From Mobula hypostoma (Eukaryota), in the NCBI RefSeq assembly GCF_963921235.1, contig NC_086104.1:140058001-140122000 (forward strand): a stretch of 64,000 nucleotides of DNA, given 5' to 3'. Shown one piece after another: positions 51,286 to 61,937 of the stretch; within the stretch, counting starts at the first letter, position 1; every line of letters begins with the position of its first letter. The translations under genes and the position numbers were made by a program. The notes beneath the pieces are model-generated. The model saw only the letters and a program-made list of their open reading frames with translations. It ran no database searches and was not told the origin of the DNA.

Positions 51286-53566
51286 TGAACTTAGAAGGTC
51301 TTGGAAAGAAACATAGAAAACCTACAGCACAGTACAGGCCCTTCGGCCCACAATGCTGTGCCCAACATATACACACTTTAGAAATTACCTAGGGTTACCC
51401 ATAGCCCTCTATTTTTCTAAGATCCAAAGTTAGATAGCTTGGGATAACTCAGCCAGAACTACACTAGGCAAGAATCAAGATGACCAAGCAAATGAGGAGT
51501 TAGCACTGTCGCTTAAAAATAAACTCCAAGACATGAAAGAATCTGTGTGCAGTTGATAAAACTCCAGACTAATTACAAGCCAACTTTATCTTTTTGACTT
51601 TTGATGGTGGTTGGCAGTCCAAATTAAAGGTGCATTACTGCCACCAACTGGACTGGAGTGTGGTGTAGAGAATTGGTAAAATAAAACCCTTACCACTTCT
51701 TTTTCAAATGAAAGCTAAATTACCTCAGAAAGCCCTATAGGTTGTAAGTAATGAAAGACACACCGTGAATTAAATTAAAGAATGAAGTTTTTAAAATGAA
51801 AGTTATCAACCACCAAAGATTGTAAAGAAGCCTGCATTTAATTTCTTTCAACTTTATGTGCTTCATTATGTAATAGTATGTGTTCAACTGTTTCATAATG
51901 ATGACAAAACCTAGCCAACCCAGAATGATGTTTTCCAACAAGATACAAGGAATAATTAACCATAATATGCCGAATTCTAAGTCGAGTCAATATAGTTCCT
52001 TGACTTCTTGCTTTACCCCCTTCTCCCATCAACCCAACAGTTTTACGTATTCTGTAAATGTTTCTTCCCTTCTGCCAATTATCCCACAGGTCTCGAAACA
52101 ACCCCTTACCTTCTGATTTACTAAGTGGAAGATTTATACCCACAGCTGAAGTTTTAACAGTTTTTTGAATCTAAACAATCAACCTGCTCATTCCCATCAT
52201 CTGTGCCAGGACTTATAAGAAGTGGACATGTAAACCAATATATCAAATACTAAATGAAGTTTGTCAAGTCCAACAAACGATCAACTGCTCGAATGAACTG
52301 TTTTAACACTCAACAGAGCCAACAAGGAACCTGAACAAATTTCAACTTTGCAAGGACAAATTTCCTCCACCCACTGTAAGCCCACAATGTCTACCAGTTC
52401 TGCTGTGCATGCTGATAAATGGTTAATAAGACATTTCTGTATTGTTACCTGTAATTCAGGCACAAAAACAGCACACCAACATTCCCAGTTAAATTATCTT
52501 TTGAACCAGCTGTGAAAATGGTCAACATACCATAGTAATTTCCTTAAGATATTGGTGAACCAACAGACTCAGGCATAACAGAGCCTGTAGACTTTATTAA
52601 ATCATGTGACCAGAAATCAACCAAAGTCAATGGAAAAAGAAACAAGGTAGGGTTACCTAGAAAGCTACAGTGGGACATATTGCATCATCCAACAAACCCA
52701 TATTCGTAGCATGATAAGAATCTAGCCACGCAAAACTAAAAACACTCTTGTGATGTTCCCAACAGTTCTCCCACACACCTTTAATAAGATAATCATTTCT
52801 TTGTCCCCTCAAATTAATCCAGCCTGTTAACAGCAACTTTAACCTCCACAGTTGCAAGGGTAATTGCCCATTTGAACCAGTAATTCTGAAACAGGGAGTG
52901 ACCTTATTGCACCATAACACTATCTTAAAGGCTGTTCTTGTATCACATCTATAAGCTGATTTATAAGCCACATCAAGAACGGAACTAATTAAACAAATAT
53001 AAATGGTCAAAGATTTTAGTGTCGCATCTTAAGAATACCCACAGAGACACTAGAGAATATTTAATACTCCTTTACATTTATCAGTTACTTTACTGATATG
53101 GCGCTTCCATGTCAGTTTATTATTCATCCACATGACTAGAAATCTTACCATTGACACTCCAAGAATTTGGCCATATAATTTCAAATCAAGTGCAGGCATA
53201 TTAATCAAAAACATATAACTTGCGTTTCAGGTACTGAAAGCTTAAATCCCCATTTATATGCCCACTGTTCAACTTCAGTAATTGCTAGTTGCATCCTATA
53301 TACAACAAAATTTAAATTTTTACCTCTAATCTACAAAGCTCCAGCATCTGCATATACTGATTTACCCATTCCAGTATCTATCTCAGAGAAAATATAATTA
53401 ATCATGCTATTAAACAATAAAGGGCTACAAATACTGTCTTGCGGGGTCCCATTCTCAATCTCATGGAAATCTGAATATCCCTTGACCATCCTTACCTGCA
53501 TAGACCATCCAAATAAAACCAAAAATTTTATACAATCTCCCTTTCACTCCTAATTTTCATAACTTA

Positions 53567-54114
53567 GGAGTGTATGGGGTGTCAGAGAGGGGTAGCATCT
53601 CTGGTGGGGAACATGTCGCGTCCTTTTCAAGGCGGTTAGTCCATCTTTGGTCCCTACCTGGCACTGAGCTCTAGCTGTTTGCATGCGACAGCGGCCACAC
53701 CCCAGGCAACGACTTCGACAAGCCGGCTAAACCAGGTGAGAGTAGCCGATGGGTCTCAAACCCTCAGTGAGATAGGGAGTTGTCTATCCCAGCATGTGAA
53801 GACAGACTCCAGCGGATTCAGCGGACGGGACCAATGGAAGGTCCAACGGTCAAGAAGGCGGTCTCTGCGAGCGTCGTGGAACGTGTAGAGCAGGACAAGA
53901 TACAGAAGACGTCCTGGTCATCCACTGTGCCTAGTCCCATCTCCAGCTGTCTCGACTCTGTCTTGCCACTGGAACCAGATGGGAATTGGGAAGAGAGAGT
54001 GAGGCTGACACTGTGCAACTTCCCCTCACTTAAATCCAAATCACGCGCTAGTCTCGACAACATCAATGGAGTCAAGGTCTTCATTGACAACGACGATGGA
54101 CGAACAACAACAAC
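53567..54114 (+). mobile_element. Non-autonomous retroposon (RTE-like) with (ACA)n tail
   Basis: TSD AATTTTCATAA at 53552-53562 and 54115-54125 (extends to 15 bp with 1 mismatch). No credible ORF. Confidence 0.7.
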
Positions 54115-54649
54115 AATTTTCATAATTTAATCAGAAGTAATTCCTTCCATAACATATGCATTTTTGTTAGCAAAAGATACTGTTATTACAACTTCTTTAC
54201 CAGTGCTTTCCTAACATCATCTTCCAAACATAAAATTGAATCCAATGTCATTCACTCTTCTGAAATGCACTCCAATAAGTGCTATACCACCTCTTTTTTT
54301 GCACAATATAATTCAAATGTTCCATTACCATAGGTTAAATAAGTTTACATACATGAGACATAAGCAATATTGTCTTATAACTAGAAGAATCCAACAGAGA
54401 TTTCCCTGGTTTTAGAATAGGCACTACTACAGCTACTTTCCATGAGGGAGGAAGATGGCCTAACGCCCAAACACACGTCTAATCATACAGTAACATATCA
54501 TCCGTTCCTGGAGAAGTCTGACCTGTACTAATAACATCCTTCTTAAATTCGCACAAAGAAAACGCTACATAACTAATACTATCATTTCTACAGCTAGCTT
54601 CCAAAACATAGGAGGTATTTACTTAGAATCTTGTCCCTACATTACTTGA

Positions 54650-57600
54650 TGTCCAGAAGCATCAATAGATGTATGTACACAGCTTACACCCTGAGTTAAT
54701 CAGTGACAGCCAGGAAAGACTGGGTGACAACTGCGAAAAGAGTGGTGACGACTGGAGAGTCAGTGACAGCCCAGAGAGATGGCAACCAGGGCAGAACGGG
54801 CTGGCAAACCAATCTGCGTCCTCTGAGAGGAGGATCCCCACAAAAGCTACAATGAATCTAAGGGAAAGATACCCCCAGGGGTGCCCGAGAGGGGGAGAGG
54901 ATGAGCACCCCAGTCGGATGGACATAACGACATCAGCCCAGGCAATGAACAAACGATGATGAGGAAGCAGTGTGCATGTGGCAAAATCTGCAAGAACAAT
55001 CGCAGCTTGAAGATCCACCAAGCGAGGATGAAGTGTTTGGCGGGAGCAGGAGCAGCACAACGCGCAGGTGTCCAACCTGGTGAGACGAAGGAGGGTCCAG
55101 GCCCGGAGTCACCCCATAGTGCCCGGAACCTCCAAGTGTTGCAAACTAATCCCTCTAACATGAAGTCTAACAGGAGGCAGATCAAATGGCCTGTAGCTAA
55201 CATGACTTCACGGTGGAAGCAGTTTGATAAAGATGCTTAACCAAATTTTGGAGGCAACGGCGAAGGGAGGGGTTGATAGGAAGCTGCAAACCATGACAAC
55301 AATTATTGTCAGTATCGCAGCTGAATGGTTCGGAGAAGAGGAGAAGGAAGGCTCCAAAACATCTTACTCAAAGAACCAAAGAGCATTGAGGATCCACAAC
55401 ATCAGGCAGGAGATGAAAGCGCTGAAGTCCCAATACAAGGAGGCAGGAGAAGAGGAGCGCATTGGCTTGGCCCAGCTGATGTGCATACTACGAAAGAAGA
55501 TCAGGGTTCTCCACCGGGCAGAGTGGCATCGGAGGCGGCGTCGTGAAAGGGCCCGAAAACGTGCTGCCTTTATCACCAACCCCTTCAAGTTCACCAAGGA
55601 GTTGCTGGGGGAGAAGCGCAGTGGGAAACTGGCCTGTTCGCAGGAAGACATAGACCAACATCTGAAGAAGATATATAATGATCCTGAAAGAGAGCAGGAG
55701 TTGGGAGAGTGCGACATCCTAATAGACCCACCTGAACCGGATGTGCAGTTCGACATGTCAGAGCTGCAACTAAAGGAAGTCAGAGAGGTCGTCAGCAAAG
55801 CAAGGGCAAGCTCGGCTCCAGGACCAAGCAACACCTCGTACAAAGTGTACAAGAACTGCCCCAAACTCCTGCTGCGTCTGTGGAAGATCCTGAGAATCTT
55901 CTGGAGAAGGGGGAAGATCCCAGAACAGCGAAGAGTGGCTGAAGGGGTGAGGATCCCGAAGGAGGAAAATGCCACCCAGATAGATCAGTTTCGCATCATC
56001 TCCCTGCTGTGTGTCGAGGCGAAGATCTTCTTCAGTGCAGTTTCCAACCGGTTGTGCACCTACCTAGCAAAGAACACCTATATTGATACATCAGTCCAGA
56101 AGGGTGGCATTTCAGGGATGCCGGGCTGTCTGGAGCACATCGGTGTGGTGACACAGCTCATCAGGGAGGCCAGAGAGAACAAGGGCAACCTGTCAGTGTT
56201 GTGGCTCGACCTGGCAAACGCATATGGCTCCATTCCGCACAAGCTGGTGCAGATCACACTGACCAAATATCACAAACCCAGCAGGATCAGAGACCTTATC
56301 ACTGATTATTACAGCAACTTCAGGATGAGGGTCTCTTCAGGAGCAATTACATCAAGCTGGCACAAGGTGGAGATCAGCATCATCACAGGGTGCACTATCT
56401 CAGTGACACTGTTCTCCCTAGCCATGAACATGCTCACTAAGTCTGCTGAACCAGAGTGCAGACGGCCCAGAATGAATTCTGCTCAACGGCAACCACCTAT
56501 CAGGGCATTCATGGATGACCTCACACTCACCACAGAATCAGTCCCAGGCTGCCGATGGATACTGCAAGGGCTTGAAAAGCTGGTGGAGTGGGCCCGGATG
56601 CGTTTCAAACCTGCCAAATCAAGATCGATGGTGCTGAGGAAAGGGAAGGTGGAGAACAAGTTCCGGTTCAGCATCGCAGGCACAGCCGTCCCAACCATCA
56701 CAGAAAAGCCAGTCAAGAGCTTAAGCAAAGTTTTTGACAGCTCTTTAAGGGACACAACATCCATTCAGGCAACCCGCACTGAGTTGGATGGCTGGCTGAA
56801 ATCTATGGACAAGTCTGGCCTACCTGGGAAGTTTAAAGCCTGAGTGAATCAGCATGGCGTTCTTCCCAGAATCCTGTGGCCCCTCCTCGTCTATGCAGTT
56901 CCGATCTTGACAGTTGAAACCTTAGAGAGCAGGGTTAGCAACCACCTCAGGAGATATAAACAAAAAATAATCTGCAGATGCTGGGGTCAAAGCAACACTC
57001 ACAACAGGCTGGAAGAACTCAGTAGATCGAGCAGCATCCGTGGAAAAGATCAGTCGACGTTTCGGGCCGGAACGTCGACTGATCTTTTCCACAGATGCTG
57101 CCCGACCTGCTGAGTTCCTCCAGCGTGTTGTGAGTGTCACCTCAGGAGATGGCTGGGGCTGCCAAAGAGCCTGAGCAGCATCGCACTCTATGGACACCAC
57201 AAGAAACTGCAACTGCCCTTCAAATCCTTGGAGGAAGAATTCAAGGTAACAAGAGCCAGAGAAGTGCTTACAGTATAGGGACTCAAGTGACCCGAAAGTG
57301 GCTAGAGCAGGGATCCAAGTAAGTACTGGCAGGAAGTGGAGGGCAGAGGAAGCTGATCAGGAGGCAGAGGCGAGGCTGAGTCACAGGAGGCTGGTGGGAG
57401 TGGTCACACGAGGCCGAGCTGGGCTAGGATCCTTTCCAACTCCCCAAATGGACACCAGAGGGAAGGAAAGGCGTTGTCTAGTTCAGGAGGAGACGAGAGC
57501 CTGCAAGGGGGTGGGAATAAAGCGACAGGGAGCTTGGACAAGGTGGGAGAATGCGATTGAGAGGAAAGTGACCTGGGCTGATCTTTAGAAAGCCGAACCA

Positions 57601-58495
57601 CACCGCATCCAATTTCTCATCCAGGCAGTGTATGATGTGCTTCCAAGCCCATCAAACCTGCACACATGGGGCAAGGCAGAGTCATCTGCGTGCCCACTGT
57701 GCTCCAAGCGACGAACCCTGGAGCACATCCTCAGCGGCTGTGCAAGGGCACTTGGTGAGGGACAGTACAGGTGAAGGCATGATCAGGTTCTGAAGACCAT
57801 CGCTGAAGCCGTCAGCGCAGGAGTTGAGTGGGCGAAGCGGTCCCGACCCTCCAAGCAGACCATTGCCTTTGTCAGAGCTGGGGAGCAGCCAATACCTGCC
57901 AAAAGAACATCTGCAGGCATTCTGACCTCTGCAAGGGACTGGCAGCTGTTGGTGGACCTCGAAGGGCAGCTGAAGTTTCCCAACCATATCGCAGCCACCA
58001 CCCTGCAACCAGACATTGTCCTAGTGTCTGAGTCTACTAAGCAAGTGGTGCTGCTGGAGCTGACATTCCCATGGGAAGATAGCTTGGAAGAGGGCTTTGA
58101 AAGGAAGCTCTCCAAGTGCGCAGGACTGGTCAGCAACTGTCAGCAGGCTGGATGGAGAGCGAGGTGTCTCCCAGTGGAGGTTGGTTGTAGGGGATTCATA
58201 GCCCATTCTTTAGTTAGAGCCTTCAGCATTTTGGGCATCGAGGGAGAGAGGAAGAGGAGAGCCATCCGCAGTACCACCGATGCGGCAGAGAGGGCCTCAA
58301 GATGGCTGTGGCTCAAAAGAGGGGAGCCATGGAGTCATAAGAAGCTAGCCATCTGGACACAACCTGGGGTCTGATCAGCCCCAGTTGGGTCACCTGGAGG
58401 AGGTTGTATGATGTTGAAAGACCTGAAACACCTGATGATTCCAGGAACATCACTGAAGATGTGTCCAGAAGCATCAATAGATGTATGTACACAGC
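54650..58495 (+). mobile_element. Near-full-length HERO-type (R2/NeSL superfamily) non-LTR retrotransposon: zinc finger, RT, CCHC knuckle, restriction-like endonuclease
   Basis: CACGKICKN..SLKIHQARMKC, SAPGP, WLDLANAYGSIPH, AFMDDL, CPLC...LEHILSGC, PDIV...LELTFPWED...K, VEVGCRG. A few frameshifts and stops. Confidence 0.9.
56956..57137. mobile_element. 182-bp fold-back Penelope derivative inserted in the HERO ORF
   Basis: 13-bp TSD CACCTCAGGAGAT at 56943-56955 and 57138-57150; ~69-bp inverted arms. Confidence 0.88.
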
Positions 58496-61400
58496 AAACA
58501 CTTCACTGGAACTATCTTCATTATGAATCGCAGCAAATGACCTAGCCAGTTACACAACTTTCCCGGTTTCAATACCAATCATTTTACCTTTTATAGATGC
58601 TGGAACGTTATTAGCCCTACGAATCCCACCCCATTTTCTTAATCATTCCCCAAACATCTCCAAGTTTAATATCCCTTGAAATACGATCAAATTATGAGCT
58701 CCAGTAAACCATTTTGTAATTTTCATTATGGCTTGTTCTCTTGTCTACATAATAAGGTCACTTGGAGAATAATATTTAATGTCTAACTTTTCCTAAATGC
58801 ATTATTTCTCTCCCTAATTGCCTCCGCACACTCCTCGGTCTATGATGATACAGCCTTTCTCCTATTAATGCCCTTTTTAATAGGAATCCCTTCCAATACA
58901 GTTTGATGAATAATGTGAGACAACCTTTCATTACAAAAATCCACATCATCTTCAACGTTCAGCCCTGACAGACATTCATCACGTAAAACTTTAAACTTCT
59001 CCCAGTTTGCTTTATCAAAATTCCAACTTCCTAAAAGTGTCCCCTAAATAAATCCAAACTCAAGCTTATAATTATAGGAAAATGATCACTCCCCAACGCT
59101 TCATCACCCATCACATCCCACACACTCACTCCAGCCCGAATGTTTGAAACTAAGGTTAAACCTATAGCAGTTTCAAAATTATTATGAACACCAATCTTGT
59201 ACCTCTCCCATTAAGACACGCAAGCATTAGCAGTAGACCAATCAATTCGAAGAGGGAGAGAGCTTCGCACAGGTCGGGGAGAAGAGTTTAAAGAAGGAAC
59301 GTTTCGTGGGGCTTGGTGCATTAGAATAGTGGGTATGACTTGTGAGGCCAGTTTTCTGTTCTGGGTGTCAGATGTGGGATGTCCAGGAGACTTTGAGCCT
59401 CCCCGATGGCCACATCTACACCAGATGCATGGAGCTGCAGCTCTTTAGAGACCGAGTTAGGGAACCGCAGCTGCAGCTCGATGACCTTCAGCTCGTTAGG
59501 CAGAGTGAGGAGGTGATAGACAGGAGCTACAGGCAGGTAGTCATCCCTGGGCCACAGGAGACAGATAAGTGGGTGGACCATCAGGAGAGGGAAGAAAGGG
59601 CATCAGATGGGGGAGAACACCACTGTGGCTGTCCCCATTAACAATAAGTACTCCATTTTGAGTGCTGTTGGGGGGGTGGTGGTGACCTACCTGGGGGAAG
59701 CAACAGCGGCCGTGCCTCTGGCACTGAGTCTGGCCCTGTGGCTCAGAAGAGGAGGGAAAGGAAGAGGAGGGCAGCGGTTATATAGTTAGGGGGACAGATA
59801 GGGGATTCTGTGGATGTGAAAAAGAAACAAGGATGGTAGGTTGCCTCCCAGTTGCCAGGGTTCGTGATGTTCCTGAATGCGCCCACAATATCCTGAAATG
59901 GGAGGGTGAGCAGCCAGAGGTCATGGTACATATTGGTACCAATGGCATGGGTAGAAAAAGGGTGGAGGTCCTGAAAGCAGAGTACAGGGCATTAAGAAGG
60001 AAGCTGAGAAGCAGGACCTCAAAGGTAGTAATCTCGGGATTGCCACCTATGCTATACGGCAGTGAGGATAGGAATAGAATGAGGTGGAAGATAAATGTGT
60101 GGCTGAAGGATTGGAGCAGGGGCCAGGGATTCAGATGTTTGAATCATTGGGACCTCTTCTGGGGCAGGTGTGACCTGTACAGAAAGGACGGTTTGTACTT
60201 GAATCCGAGGGGGACCAATATTCTGGCGGGGAGGTTTGCTAACGTTATTGGGGAGCATTTAAACTAGATTTGCAAGGGGGTGGGAACCGAAGTGAAGAGG
60301 CAGAGCATGGGGAGGTTGGAGCACAAGTAGAGACAGCTTGTAGGGAGTTTGTGAGGAAGGATAGGCAGATGTTAGAGCAAAGATGTACTCAGCCTGATGT
60401 TGTCCATTTTAATGCAAGGAGTATCATAAACAACGCGGATGAACTTAGAGCATGGATCAATATGCGGAACTTTGACTTTGTGGCCATTACAGAAACTTGC
60501 ATGTCTCAGGAGCAGGAATGGATGCTGAGTGTGCCAGGCTTTAGATGTTTCAAAAAGAACAGAGAGGGAAGCAAAAGAGGTGGGGTGTGGCATTGCTAAT
60601 TAGGGATAGTGTCATGGCTGCAGAAAGGGAAGAAGTCATGGAGGGATGGTCTACTGAGTCAGTGTGGGTGGAAGTCAGAAACAGGAAAGGGGCAATAACT
60701 CTACCGGGTGTTTGTTATAGACCCTCCAACAGTGGTAGGGATATCGAGGAGCAGATAGGGAGGCAGGTTCAGGAATGGTGCAATAATAATAGGGTTGTTG
60801 TGATGGGAGATTTTAACTTTCCTAATATTGATTGGCATTTCCTTAGCTCAAGGGGTTTAGATGAGGTGAAGTTTGTTAGGTGGCTTCAGGATGGTTTCCT
60901 GATACAATATGCAGATAAGCCAACTAGAGGAGAGGCTGTACAGGATCTAGTACTGGGAAATGAACCTGGTCAGGTGTCAGATCTTTCGGTAGTGACCACA
61001 ACTCTATCTCCTTCACCATAGTGCTGGAGAGGGACAGAAGCAGACAATTTGGGAAATCATTTAATTGGGGTAGGGGGAAATATGATGCTATTAGGCAGGA
61101 ACTTGGCAGCATAAATTGGGAGAAGATGTTCTCAGGGAAATGCATGGCAGTAATGTGGCAAATGTTCAGGGAACATTTGCATGGCGTTCTGCGTAGGTAT
61201 GTTCCATTGAAACAGGGAAAGGATGGTAGAGTTAAGGAACCATGGTGTACAAAGGATGTAGAAAATCTAGTTAAGAAGAAAAGAAAAGCTTACGAAAGGC
61301 TCAAGAAACTAGGTTCTGTTAGAGCTCTAGAAAATTGCAGGGTTGCTAGGAAGGAGCCTAAGAATGGAATAGGAGAGTCGGGGGGTGGGGGGCCATGAGA

Positions 61401-61937
61401 AGGCTTGGGGTGCAGTATTAAGGAAACCCCCAAGGCATTGTACAAGTATGTGAAGAGGAAGGGATGAGCCGTGTGAGAATAGGACCAATCAGGTGTGATA
61501 GTGGAAACGTGTGCATGGAGTCAGAGGAGGTAGCGGAAGTACTTAATGAATACTTCGCTTCAGTATTCACCAGGAAAAAAGACCTTGGCAATTGCAGGGA
61601 TGATTTACAGTGGACTGAAACACTTGAGCATGTTGACATTAAGAAAGAGAATGTGCTGAAGCTTTTGAAAAGCACTAAGTTAGATAAGTCACCGGGACCG
61701 GACGAGATATACCCCATGCTTCTGTGAGAAGCGAAGGAGGAGATTGCTGAGCCTCTTGCGATGAACTTTGCGTCATCAATAGGGACCAGAGAAGAACCAG
61801 GGGATTGGTTCCCTTGTTCAAGAAAGGGAGAAGAGATAACCCAGGAAATTAAAGACCAGTGAATCTCACTTCAGTGGTGGGCAAGTTGTTGGAGAAGATT
61901 CTGAGAAGCAGGATTTATGAGCATTTGGAGATGTATA

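Larger units (their letters stand above)
51590..59215 (-). mobile_element. I-group (Nimb-like) LINE with EN, RT and RNase H, decayed; hosts nested insertions
   Basis: LGSDH, ENGTPQDSICSPLLFN, YADAGAL, RNase H AELV.I..GLQWVEE, TRLRI.H, C..C...ETVEH. 3' end ccacactccagt...ggtggcagtaatgcacc + A-rich tail. Confidence 0.78.

Noticed and set aside
53630-53720. HDV-like ribozyme in the non-autonomous retroposon
   Set aside because: I could not build convincing P1-P4 pairings by eye.
58414-58500. CTGATGA, CTGAAGA and GAAAC motifs in the HERO 3' UTR as a possible hammerhead
   Set aside because: Their order and spacing do not give helices I-III with a UH site. After the stem following CTGAAGA the sequence is GC plus host bases, not GAAA.
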